A stretch of DNA of 64,000 nucleotides from Chrysomallon squamiferum (Eukaryota; Animalia; Mollusca): NCBI GenBank assembly GCA_012295275.1, contig CM022668.1:7316001-7380000 (forward strand), written 5' to 3'. How positions within the stretch are numbered: the stretch's first letter is position 1; each line of letters opens with the position of its first letter. This document shows, in pieces, positions 1 through 13,460 of this stretch. Under the pieces are notes generated by a model. It had not been told where the DNA came from. It was given only the letters and a program-made list of their open reading frames with translations, and made no database searches. A program made the position numbers and the translations under genes.

Positions 1-21
1 TTCAAACTTCAAAAATCTTAC

Positions 22-1121
22 TTGAGAGTCTTTTTCAAAATCAGACCACAAGTCATCATCTTCTGATATACTGGCTGATTCTACAAGACAAAATAATATA
101 TTTTCATTTGAATTTAGTTTCATAAATTTCATGAGTCCAAGTTTTAAAGCCTGTGTTGGTTGTAACTGCCACAAAACATGCATTCACAATAATTAAATAC
201 CTAACAATTTGCAACTTTTATCCAAAATGGTGAAATGATTTTTAGTTTGCACACAAAGCTATATTTAAAATTACAATCAATTGCTCAAATACTCATTGCC
301 ATGGAGACCAGATAAAAGTATCAAGTAAACCAAACACAGACTCAAATGTTCTGTTATCTGTGTACAACAACAACAACAACAACAACAACAACACAATCAT
401 TACAGCATGATTTCTTTTGCCCACTAATTTGCAAGTAGGAATATTTTTGCAATTTGCTTCCTTGAATTACCAACAGGCACATGAGCAGTGGAATGTGAAA
501 TATCTCTATTCATGGTCACCTCTTTAAATTTTTATATTTATTTTAAGATTATAATAACCACACATCAAGATGTTTTACTAAATAAAAATCTAATTGTAAA
601 GATTCTTAACAATAACTACTCTAAAGAGTTATAACAGTAACTAAATCTAAATATCCTAGTAACAATAGAGCATTATAAAGTGACTATAAATCTATTAGAA
701 ACAGTAAATACAGTTAAAATTATAATCTTACCATTATTAATGTTTTTAAAGATGATTGCAACACAAGCAGTTTTCAACCAATCAGAGGCAGCATCAACAA
801 GGTTGTCATGGTAACTGTTCTCAAACTCCTCACAACAAGCAAAACAGCGGACTGCGTACTTAGTCTGACTGATCTGGCGGGACACGATTCTTTGTAAGAG
901 TGGATCAAGTTTAGTGGAAATGTCAGTCACTGCGTCAGGTAAATCAGCGACATTAATGTCCAGTTTACCTAAAGAGTACCTGGTTTTCACTTCTTCTGCA
1001 ACATGCTAGAAAAAAATAAAAAATAATAACAGTAACAACAATGACAACAACAACAAAAAGCATAATCATAACAATAACAAAAAATATAGAAAAATAACAA
1101 TAGAAAATAGAAATAAATCAT

Positions 1122-1156
<35 letters not shown>

Positions 1157-4100
1157 AATAAAATTATAATTAAATTAAAATAAATAAATACAATTATAAA
1201 TAAAATAAACTATATCTCTACATTAATGTAGAAAAACTAATATTATGTTATTTTACTGTCATGCTTTGTCACAGAACTGATTTATGACGAGTTAAAAATA
1301 AAATGATTACATGGAAGTTTCTGAATGTTTGTTCAAGTCATTTATGATCCATATTATTTTAAATCAAAATCATTATAAATATTTTCAGAAATGAATTCTT
1401 AGTTACCACTTGACAGTCCAAAACCTGTGACAGAAAGGCAATCAATTTATTTGTATCTGTTGTTTTTCCTCTTTCTTCTTCACTGGCAGATACGTTATCT
1501 GTCTTTTCTTTGGCTATCCTTTTACTAGGAGATTTGTCTCGAGCCGTCTGATTGGCTGAAATTGCTCCAACAGTTTCTGTGGGAGAGATTTCACCTTGGC
1601 TGTCCAGTTCATACAGTGATGGTGATCCTTTCTTGAACCCAGACTTATTACGCTTTGGCGAGCCAGGTTTTATTTTCTTAGACTTCACTTCTTGCTCCAC
1701 TGGAGAACTTTCGTTGCTTGAAACGTGGTTACTTGTCTCTTCATCTGCATGTCCTCTTTCTTTTCTTCTCACCCCAGGATCCAAAGTCTTCAGGTGTCGG
1801 TTTACAGCGAAGTGACTGTGCTTCACCTGTGTCAGTTTGCTGATCTTCTTCGGAACCTGTTTGGCAATGACATCTTTGACGAAATGTCCTATGTCTTTGT
1901 GAGGAAGGCGTGCGTGTTCATCCTCGTTCGGAGAGGAATCAGAATCATTCAGCTTCTCGTCAACTTCGGGAATTTCGAACGTTGTTTTTCTCTGTTTGCA
2001 GGCCGATGGCAAGGACTTCTCGTAGGAATTTTCAAACGTAGTCTTGCGCAGTTTTGCGGCTATCAGGGCTGGTTCTTCCATAGTGTCATGGACGATGTGC
2101 TTTCTCTGTTTGGCTGTGTTTGTCTGATTAGTGTCTGTTAACTGCAACAACCATTCTTCTCGCTTTGATCGTGTTAGTTCTAAATAAGGAAAAAAATAAA
2201 TTTAAGTACAGCTGTAATAAATCTCTAATAGTAAGAATTTGAAAAACAAATAAACATGATATAAAGACATTTAAAAAAAAAATCAATTCTAAATTAGGAA
2301 AAAATAAATTTAAGGACAGCAGTAATATATCACTGATTGTAAGTATCTTAAAAAAATAAATATCAATAGTTTTTTTATGAAACAAATAGACATGAAATAA
2401 TGATATTTAAAATATAAATAAATCACAATTCTAAAACAAGAAAAAAGAAATTTATAGACTTATAGTGACTAAGTATTATAAAAACAAAGTAAATAAAATA
2501 TTTTTAAAAATCCCACAATAAACATGATATAAAGTTATTTAAGAATAAATAAATTATGAAAGAAGCAATTAAATTTTTTTTTTTTAATTTTTACCGGTAG
2601 ATGTCAAACAGAAAGAAATTTTCTAAAAAATTTTTTTTTTTTTAAATAAAAAACAAAATATTTTAAATTTAGTTTTGTTGTTTTCAGAAATATGCAAATT
2701 AGTGCACACAAATAAAACTAAATTAAGATAACTAACAAATCTTAAATAAAATGGATGTTGAAAAGTATGACCACAGCAAAGAAACTGGCTTGTCCTGTAT
2801 TTGATCCCAGCCATTTTTAAACTGTACTCTTTATGTCATACTTCATTCTTAATTAAGACTGAATATAATTAAAAAAAAAAAAAAAAAAAAACATTGCTTG
2901 GAAATAAACAGAATATATTTAGACTATTTCTTTACATTACTAACTGTACACTTTAAATATGAACTTAAATTTTTGAGTTTTAATTAGTGTACAGTTCTGA
3001 CAATAATAGGTTGAGAAAAATCACCATCTGTGTAAAGATCCTGTTTCTTTTTTGTTTTTGTCCAGGATAAAATGATGACAGCCAGACAGGTAAAAATTGC
3101 ACCAAACACAGCTGTCAAAATCACAGAATTCATGTCATACACACTTTCTTCTGTCTCCTCTGTTACTTCTTCAACTTCCTGAAAAAAAAAAAAATAAATA
3201 AAAAAATATATATATATATATAAAGTATTTCACTATGCCTCTACATTAACAATTTAATATTTCCACATTAATAATATTGGTAATTCAACATATAAATTAA
3301 GATATTTCAACATTCCAAATTTAGATATTTAAATATTTAGAATATCAGTAATGCTTTCAAAATAAGTTGAATTCAGACATTTTCACATTTAGATTTTAGA
3401 TATTTCCACATTAAAAATTTGATAATTCAACTTTTGGAATATAGATATTGTTAGATTTAGAATTTAGAAATGCAAAAATGTTTGATATGTCTATATTCAT
3501 GCTAAATTAAAAACCTAAATAGATATACATTTTTTTCTAACACCATGTGCTTTACAAAAATACAGAATTTAGGATAAAAATTATTTCTACCTCATTTTCA
3601 ATAGTTCCTTCTTGTCTCTGACTGTTTTTCTCTAAAACATACTGGATGTTTGTGAAACTGAGCTGAATTTCTTCCACACTAAGAATTCCATCCATGTCTA
3701 CATCATACTCAGACAAAGCGTTGGCCAGATTCTGAATTATTTTAACAAAAGCAGCACTAATTAATTAATGAAAATGAATGCACCAATATTCTGATTATCT
3801 GGTTTGAAACTACTTTTATTTATTAAGTTTGAAAATAAAAACAAGCAAATTACCATCTGTTTTTATACATTAAGCTTAAAAAAAAAAGAAGAAAAGGAAA
3901 AAATATTTAAATTAAAAAATAATTTAGTATCTATCAAGCTTAAAAAAACAAATTAGCCTATTTTCGTGTATTTACTTGAATTTAATTAACTAATACTTTT
4001 TTTTTATAGCATTAACAAAAGTGATCAAGAAATTAAAAATACTGGAAATATTTTAATTTTGAAAATACCTATTTATATTTTAATGTAATGTCAACATCTA

Positions 4101-4240
4101 CAAGAAATTTACAAAAAGCAATAAATAAAGAAATAAATAAATAGTGTTTTTTGCTAAAATCTTTAATTAAACAGATTGATATAATGTCTCTTGTTCAGTG
4201 ACGAACAAGTAGATATATATACATAGTCTATGATTAAATG

Positions 4241-4281
<41 letters not shown>

Positions 4282-5409
4282 GAGTGAGAGAGAGTGAGAG
4301 GGAGGAAGAAAAGATATTTAAATAACTTGGAAAATAAACAGATTATAAACCTCATCTTCAAGTTGTTTCAGATCTATATCTGTGTCCTGACTTGACACTT
4401 GTCCAAACAACACCAACAACAAAATTAACAACAGCATTCTGCTTCTGTAAATAAATTGAAATTTATAATTTATAAATATATGATATAATTTTACGCAAAA
4501 ATGTTATCCTATGACATTGTCTTTATAGACGAATATGGTAAGCAATTTGTCTATTCTTATTTTGATGGGATGTAATAATATTAATTTTATTAAATTATAG
4601 TCTTTTCCTTCCTTCTGACTAGATCATAAACAAAATTAATGTTACTGTAATCCATCCTCAGAGATATTAAACTTTATCAGTTTATGTAACCTATAAAACA
4701 TTAGCATTACTCTTCTTGAGGCAAATCAAAATTTATTTATTTATAATTTGCAAAAAAAAAAAAAGAAAAAAAAAAAAAATAATAATAACAATGAAAACAA
4801 ACTTAAAATGATAATAATAATAATAATAACAATAATAATAATAGATTATAATTTCTTAAATTTAATGATGAAATTAATAAATATTTATTTAGCATCATTC
4901 CTTTTTTTTTTTTTTTAAAGAAAGCTGCAAGTAAAATGTAATATAACAACTGTATGCAGTTCTGAATAAAAGCTTGTCATCTGCATACATTTTAGAATAT
5001 TAATTTCAAATATAGCATTATAATCACAGCTGCCAAGTGCAATATTATACAACTGTTTTACAATAATGTAAATTCATATAATACTGAAGTACATAATAGA
5101 AATAAAAACTTTTTTTATTAAAAAAAAAAATTAAAAATAATAAATAAATAAAAAAAAAAAAAATAAATAAATAAAGATCACAATGTGTAGATGGTGAACA
5201 AGACTAAAACTGAAAATATCTTAATTGTGACAGGGCAAAAAAAAAGTCATTACAATAAAAAAGGATTTAAAATAAATAAATATAGATAGATAGATACTAA
5301 GGTTGACAGAGAGACACAGAGAGAGATAGACCAGGTGTATATTTATGTAACCTCAGACAACAAAAGAGAACATAACATATTAATTTATAAGAACTTGCTT
5401 CCTGATCAT
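22..5409 (-). CDS. Uncharacterised single-pass type-I membrane protein (signal peptide, EF-hand, TM helix, long cytosolic tail); 3' end lies outside the window
   Basis: Phase-consistent exons 5399-5409 (ATG, GC donor GCAAGT), 4351-4444, 3591-3731, 3025-3178, 1407-2179, 732-1005, 22-80; all other introns are GT-AG. Translation: MIRKSRMLLLILLLVLFGQVSSQDTDIDLKQLEDE-NLANALSEYDVDMDGILSVEEIQLSF...-...SVILTAVFGAIFTCLAVIILSWTKTKKKQ...; includes track ORFs 1359..2150 and 673..990. The start could instead be the ATG at 4437. Confidence 0.8.
2175..2560. repeat. Degenerate ~110-140 bp tandem duplication starting at the exon acceptor
   Basis: TTCTAAATAAGGAAAAAAATAAATTTAAG-like heads at about 2178, 2287 and 2429. 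Confidence 0.55.
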
Positions 5410-5832
5410 TAAGACTGTTACATAAACATTGTTTTACACCGTTTCTGAAAAGAAACTTGCTCACTGCACATTTAATTTCAACTGGTTATTCATTCCAGCC
5501 AATAATTCTGTATAATTAAATGTATGTTTTTCAACGGCAAATTTTTAACATACATTCATTATCGAATATCGTTTAATCATAAGACAGTGTTAGACACTGA
5601 TTGAGTCGATTGGCAAGTTAACATGAAAACTGAAATTGATGAATGAAATGAAGAGCTAAAATATTTTGTTCAAACAGTAAAATTAAACAGTGGAGCTTTC
5701 ATTCCTGCAAAATAAGCACATATAGCCGTACCGAACAGAATGCCATGTACTAACTACAACAGGCAGATCTAGTTGCCGAAAAGTACTAAATAAGCTTTCG
5801 ACAGCGTTCTCGATTTGTTTTTCTTCATAAAA

Positions 5833-5856
5833 CAGGAAGTATGTCGTCACTTCCGG
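5833..5856 (-). promoter_or_regulatory. Housekeeping-type promoter: composite ETS-CRE motif plus a second ETS site
   Basis: Minus strand reads CCGGAAGTGACG (5845-5856); CAGGAAGT at 5833-5840. Lies in a locally CpG-richer patch just upstream of the membrane-protein gene. Confidence 0.55.
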
Positions 5857-7982
5857 TTTGTTCTCTAGTTTTCTTAGTTAAATAAAGTCAACTGAGTACA
5901 TCAAATTCAATTGTTTTGTAATAAAAGTATGAAAATCACTGGAAAAAAATGCTTGATTTCTAAGATTAGTAAGAAATGCTAATGTTATATAAAAAATATT
6001 GTGAATTGTCATTAAATATTTTTTCATTTATTTTTGTTTTCATTGCTGTGTTACGATTGTAACGTGTGTATATAATATAAATATATATTATATGCTGTGT
6101 TATATATTTAATATTAAATCACACGCACGCATACACACAAATATATATTGTAGGTATGTGACAAAATTTTCGAAAATATAATTTTTCCTATAAAATTATT
6201 TATCATCATCAAAGAAAAGAAAAAGAAAAATGAAAAGATATGTTTGATAGCATTGATATGAAAAAAGTTAGGAATTTTTATCAGAGTAAAATTTGCCAGT
6301 ATTTTTCCTTCAGAATTAGCTCAAAAGTACCTTGCGCCTTAATTATGTAATTCACAAAAACTCCATAGAAATTCCATATACAAAAAAACCATCTTATAAG
6401 ATTGGAGAATATTTTAAGTTCATAAAAATCTAACTTGGTAAGAAATGTATTCGTAATTGACATCTTTATCAGAAAGAATGTATTACCTAAAACTGGGATA
6501 TTATATCACATAATTACTAAATCAAACAAAATAAACAAAACTCAAACTTTTCAGACATTGGCTGCATCATTTGTTGAGAACTCCCCACATTTTTGGTATC
6601 CATAATTAGGTACCTGCTACCATGAAATATGGCAGACTATGAGAGAAATGCTTAATTTGTGATCTGTATATGATTTAAAGTCCTGAGTAAACTTAGTTTT
6701 GTCACACAATAATAATTTTGTTTACAAACATAAATATAAATAGACACTGAAAGGCAAACAAGAAATGGTCAGTCGAAGATGTCAGAGAAGATTTAAAAAA
6801 AAATTTAAATTTCTTGATGATAATAATTAAGATTTAATATAAAGTTCTTGTGGGTTTTATAAAAACGTGTATAGATCTCTGAAACTAGTGATTTGTGACT
6901 TGATTGTTTTTTGGGGGAAATGTGACATTATTTTAAAATTTTATAACCAGGGTGTGTTTCTTTTTGTGGTTTTTTATATCGCTACAATAAATGTATTTAT
7001 ACTGATGTTTTTGTAATTGTCACCAACACATGTTAAAATTATTATAGAAAAAAATATCAAAATTATGATTTAAAATAAATCTATTAACATTATACAATCA
7101 AAGTAAATTAAAATTAGAGATATAAAATATTAATATAAAAGGAAAAAAATACAGATTATTATAGAAAAAAAATATTAAAATAATAATTTAAAATAAATCT
7201 GTTATACAATAAAAGGGTATATTAAAACTAGATAAAATATTAATATAACAAAAAAATTTAAAATTATAATGCAAAAAAAAAGCTTATTAAAATTAGAAGT
7301 ATAAAATGTTAACAGGAAAAATTATTTTAAAATTAGAATTTTAGCAGTAAAAATATATCAAAATAATTGGTAAAAATAACAAATAAATTATTTACATGGT
7401 TCCACAGATGTTAAAGAACAAACCCCCCAATCCCAGACAAGAAATTCACCAAAAAAAAATCAGTTCAAAACACTAATAGACATGAACACACACACACACA
7501 AAAAGTGTTTTAATTTAATTGTTTGATTCTCAGAGTTTTATCATTATAAATTATCAAAACATTTTTAAATGATTTTGAAAACAGTTCAGTTATTGTTATA
7601 CAGTATTTGACTTAGAATATTATCTTTGAAGAAAAATCTATAAATTAACACATTCAAAATTAAAGACAAATAAATTAATTACAATTCTCATTTGATGAAA
7701 TCGGCCCAGTTCTGTTATTTTTCATGATAAAAATTATTTAACTAAATCTTTTTTTCAAAAATATTTAAACAGATCTGTTGTTTAAAAAATAAATTTACTA
7801 AATGTGTTGTTTAAAAAATTAAATTAACCAAATTTAATTTTAACTGATAGCATTTTTGTCATTGCTTTTATACATTAAATCATCTGTTTTTAAAAATAAT
7901 TTAGCAACATCTATTGAGTTAAAAAACTAATCAATTAAAATCAATTGTTTTACTTATTTATTTATTTAATTTTTTCTATTTA

Positions 7983-8576
7983 TTTGGTTGAGGAATAAGT
8001 CAATGTGGTTCATAATTGGTTCAAATTTTGTCCCATTTCAGGGTGTTAAAATGGAATGTCAAGTTGAAAAAAAGGTGCATTTTCGACACTTGCTGCTCTT
8101 TGCATTCAATCGTGACAGGAAGAATGCGAAAGCCACCAAGGCTGCTCGTGAGATTTGTTCTGTGTATGGAAAAAATGCGATGCCAGAAAGGACCGCACAG
8201 TGGTGGTTTTCACGTTTCAGAAACGGTAACTTCAACCTCACTGACGACGAACGTTCTGGTTGCCCTGTTATATTTAATGAAGATCAGTTGATTCATCTTC
8301 TCCGTGAAAATCCACATCAGTCAACCAGAAAACTGGCTGAACAGTTGGCATGTGATCAGAAAACTGTTGTGAATCACCTTCATTTGATGGGGAAAGCTCA
8401 GAAACTTGGCATGTGCGTTCCACATTCTTTGAGTGAAAACAACAAACTGCAGCGTAAATAAAAATACAGTAAATACATTATTGATTAAATTACATCTTGT
8501 TATCAGTTAAGCTTAAGATTTCTTCTATGTAATGATTAAATCTAATTGAAATGCAGTGACTAATTCCTCAACCCAA
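7983..8576 (+). mobile_element. Internally deleted mariner (Tc1/mariner) element, 594 bp
   Basis: TIRs TTTGGTTGAGGAATAAGTCA / TGACTAATTCCTCAACCCAA, flanked by TA on both sides (7981-82, 8577-78); contains a transposase N-terminal ORF. Confidence 0.9.
8051..8461 (+). pseudogene. Truncated mariner transposase (136 aa, HTH DNA-binding region only, no DD34D domain)
   Basis: HFRHLLLFAF..AAREICSVYG..ERTAQWWFSRFRNGNFNLTDDERSG..STRKLAEQL..TVVNHLH..KLGMCVPHSL (degenerate WVPHEL linker), then stop. Confidence 0.85.
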
Positions 8577-9366
8577 TATTTTACCTTCTTCCTTTTTTTT
8601 TGTTTTTAATTTAATATTTCCAAACATACTAATTATAGAATTGTCACAAATTGTTACTTCAATCACATCCGCACGTTTTTATTGTTTCCACCAATTTTTC
8701 AACTCCATGGCGTTGTTATAAAAGGTCTGGCATTTGATAATTAAAGAGTGAAGGAAAAGATCAAGGTGAGAACTCAGTCAGGTAGGGAAACCAAAGTTTT
8801 TGAATGAAATTGTCTTTACAGACGAGCATCATTAGCAACTGCCTCTTCTTATTTTTATAAGGTGTTATGTGCAATTAACCTTTGTCAATAACATTTATTA
8901 TACTAAAATTTTACTTGTTTAATCTGTCCTCTGTGCAGATTCTTATTTTGTCTTGATTCCCCATGTGACCTTACTCGTATCATTAATCAAAATTACTTAA
9001 ACATATGTTTTATGATTGTATAATGTATTATTATCAAGTCAATTGTATATCGTAATTAAATAATTAATGTGTTGTTTTTATTTCTCTAGTGGATAGATAG
9101 ACTTATTAATTTATATAGATTGCTGTCAATTTAGCATTTATATTCTTTGTTAGGCGGCCATTAAAGCAGCTTGTTATCCTAGACTGAGCCTTAATAAAAC
9201 ATACAAGGTGTTTAAAGGTGTGAGTCTTGTGACAATAATATATGCATACAACACAGACACAAAAACACTGACACACACACAGACACACAAACACTGACAC
9301 ACACACACAGACAATCCACACCTATACATGTGGTGCTTTCTTTTCATTGTTTTTTGTTTTCCTTTT

Positions 9367-9397
<31 letters not shown>

Positions 9398-10132
9398 TTT
9401 TATTTTATTTTAATTTCATTTATTCTTTTTTTTTTAATATTTTTATTTAATATTTCCAAACATATATAATATATGTATGTATACATCAAATACACATTCA
9501 ATCTCACACACATTCCCACACACACACAGATATACACACATTTATACATATTTCTGTCATTCTGTACCTGTGGAGTAAAAGAGAAAAAGGTAGTCTGTGT
9601 GTTAGACAGAGAATGAGAGAAAAATATTAAAATATAATGACAGACACACACCAAGACCGATATAATGTTTGGGTGATATTTAATTGTTGATGTTGACAGG
9701 TTTGTGTAGTAATGAACTGATGTGTTTTAATAAATCTGACGTGTATTTTAATCTGTGTAAAAGTTTTGTATATAAGTATTTTATTTAAAGAATATATGTA
9801 AAAGAAAAATGTTTTAAAAAATGTTTTGTACAAAATAAAATTTGTTGTTTTGTACATGTTTCTATTGTAGTTGGTGCGTTTTTTTTTTTGTTTTTTTAAT
9901 ATGTTCCTGTTTTATTTATTTATTTATTTTTATTTTATATTTTAGTTTTCTTAATACAATGTTTCCAAACACAATAAAACAATATTTTTATTTTTATTTT
10001 TTTGTTTAATATTTCCAAATATATGTAATTATATAGTACATGCATACAACACATACACATACCATCTCTCTCTCTCTCGTGTGTACACACACACACACAC
10101 TTACATTTATACATATTTCAGTGATTGTGTAC

Positions 10133-10236
10133 CTGTGGTGAACAGTCCCCCAGTTAACTCATTTTCAAGTGTGAGTTAATCTGTATTAGCCACACTGAGG
10201 TGGGGGTGTCATCACTCACCAGGTGACTCAATGTTG
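10133..10236. other. Near-invariant 104-bp structured block (putative exon 3), copy 1 of 4; others at 15972-16075, 24597-24700, 34007-34110
   Basis: Copy 2 is identical, copy 3 has 2 substitutions, copy 4 has 1. Nested inverted repeats GGTGA/TCACC, CCCCC/GGGGG, TTAACTCA/TGAGTTAA. Confidence 0.85.
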
Positions 10237-10774
10237 CTGCATTTAAGGTACAATTTTCTTTATAAATAAATAAATAAATTTAGCTTTAAAAAAAATTGTG
10301 AGGAGTGATGAAAAATAATAATAATAATGAAACAAAAAAAAAAAATTAAATAAAAAAATAAATTAAAGAAAAAATAAATTTTGTCTTTACTATAAGACTT
10401 GAGGAAACTGCACCATCTTGTTCGAAAGAAAATAATTTACTTTTATGTATTTGAACTACATTATATTTATTATATTATATTACATTATATTATATTATAT
10501 TATTTGCTTACTTATTCATTTATTTATTTTAATTCATAAAGGAAAAATTATTGTAACAAAAACAAAAGCAGTAGAACTGTAAAGAAATAAAATGTATAAA
10601 TGTTATGTGACAAACAGATAAATTATTTTCCTGCTTTTTACTTTTTATTTTCTTTTGTTCACTTAATTTTTATTTCACTTATTTTATTTATTGATTTAAT
10701 TATTTACTAATTTATTTGTTTGTTTACTAAAATATGTATTTATTTACTAATTTATTTTTTGATTATTAAAATAT

Positions 10775-10813
<39 letters not shown>

Positions 10814-11344
10814 CTTTACTGAAAAAAGTAGAAAAGGTAATTGGAAAAAAAAAAAATATATATATATATATATATAGATATTAAATTACATTAATATAAT
10901 TTCAACCTTTTGTTCACTCTTTTTATCTATGTTAAATTTAAACAAAGAAAATACAGGTGCATTTGAGTCCTACAGTAACAGTGAAATTTTGAAGTGTCAA
11001 GTCAAAATGTCAAAAAAAAAAAAAAAAATTTAGACACAAATTTGAACGGTTCACCAAAGTAATGGATATTGGAAAATACTATTTTGAAAATGTCTGCCAA
11101 GTTTGATTGGTTGCCTAGATACCAAATTTGAAATAAATTCCAATAATGAACCTTAAACGTACCTCGGTGGACAGCTGAAGTCAGGTCATGTGATTTTCTA
11201 CAGGTCAGTTTTGTAATGGATGTTTTGTAATAAATAAAAATTACTAACAGGTGTAGATATCAATATCTTGTAAAATTATCTATCAATGTGATGAGTTATC
11301 TGTTATGTGTGCCTATATGTTTACTAATACAAGACTGTAGACAG

Positions 11345-13460
11345 ACACACAAAGAAAAATATACATACACAGAGACAAAAACATCTAACAACACAATACA
11401 GAACATACATACAGACATACAGAAATAATCACAGGTAAAAAAACAAAAAAAAACATAGATATATACATACAACATAAACATATATGAACACTAAAAATAC
11501 AAAACAAAGTCACACACACACATACATACATAAACATATATAAACACTAAAAATACAAAAACACACATATAAATAAACATGAAAACACAACAGAAAACAT
11601 AGATAAATACATAAACATATAACCACTAACAATACAAAACACACACACACACACACACCATACATACATAAACATATATAAACATAAACAATACAAAACA
11701 AACGCATATATATAAACATATATAAACATAAACAATACAAAAAAGATACACACACACACACACATAAATAAACATGTAAACACAATAGTAAAACATAGAT
11801 ACATAAATAAACATATAAACACTAACAATACAAAACACAGACACACACACACACATACATACATACCTAAACATATATAAACTGAAACAATCCAAAAGAC
11901 AAACACACACAAACACATAAATATATACATAAACATATATAAACATCAACAATACAAAAGACAGACACACATACATACATACATAAACATATATAAACAT
12001 TAACAATATAAAATGCAGACACACATACATACATACAAACATATATAAACTCTAACAATACAAAACACAGCCACATATACATACATACATAAACATATAT
12101 TAACATTAACAATATAAAATGCAGACACACATACATACATACAAACATATATAAACCCTAACAATACAAAACACAGACACATATACATACATACATAAAC
12201 ACAAACACCAGAAAACATACACATACATACATACATAGATACATAAACATATATAAACTTTAAAAGAACAAAAACAAACACATATATAAAGACAAAAACA
12301 TATATCAACACTAACAATGTAAAACACATACATACATACACACATACATACATACATATATACATAAACATATACAAACACTAACAATACAAAACACATA
12401 CATACATACACACATACATACATACATAAACATATGTAAACATTAACAATACAAAACAGTAATACATAAGACATGAACATACATAAACACAAACAGTACA
12501 AAATGCACACATATATACATAATTATATATAACATTAACAATAAAAAACATACACACACACACACACATATAAACATATATAAACACTAATAATAAGAAA
12601 CACAGACACACATACATGCATATACATAAACATATATAAACACTAACAATACAAAACACAGACACACATACATACATACATAAACATATATAAACACCAA
12701 GAATACAAACACACACATACATACAAAAACACATAAACACTAAAACAAAACACAGAAAAATACATAAAAACACACAATAAAAAAAACACACAGACACACA
12801 TAGATACATAAACATATATAAACACTAACAATATAAAACGCAGACACACATATATACATACATACTCACATATAAACACTAACAATACAAAACACAGACA
12901 TACATACATACATAAACGTATGTATATAAACATATATAAACACTAACAATATAAAACGCAGACACACACACATACGTACATACATACACATAAAAATATA
13001 TAAACACTAATGTTAAAAAAACACACATACATACATACATACATAAACATATATAAACACATAAACATAAATACATAAACATAAATACAAACAATACAAA
13101 ACACACATATACATACATACGTACATAAACAAATATAAACACTAACAATACAAAATACACGCATACATACACATATACATACAAAACATACATATATAAA
13201 CTCTAACAATACAAAGTACATACATAATTACATACATACATAAACATAGATTAATATTGACAATACAAAATACAGACACACATATATAGATACATAAACA
13301 TAAATACAAACAATACAAAACACACATACAAACATAAACATAAATGAATACAAACAACACAAAATACTCAGACACTTACATATACACACATATGTAACAC
13401 TAACACAGACATAAACAGAAAATGCACATACACAAATACATACACACATACACACAGTCT
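11345..13460. repeat. Degenerate ~50-bp AC-rich cryptic satellite (intron 1 of unit 1)
   Basis: Recurring ACATAAACATATATAAACACTAACAATACAAAACACAGACACACATACAT; plus strand strongly G-depleted. Same satellite at 17300-18890, 20550-21185, 26560-28060, 35260-38280 and inverted at 30770-31305. Confidence 0.9.

Larger units (their letters stand above)
6816..9572 (+). repeat. Segmental duplication copy A (~2.7 kb), paralogous to 31320-34012
   Basis: Colinear high similarity from GATGATAATAATTAAGATTTAATATAAAGTTCTTGTGGG through the mariner element to TTCTGTACCTGTGG. Confidence 0.9.

Noticed and set aside
1552-2141. Plus-strand ORFs 1552..1815 and 1725..2141
   Set aside because: Antisense shadows of the large coding exon 1407-2179.
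10137-10220. SECIS element or canonical pre-miRNA in the conserved block
   Set aside because: No ATGA-N11/12-AA...GA geometry, and the fold is branched with a longest stem of about 11 bp, too short for a Drosha/Dicer hairpin.
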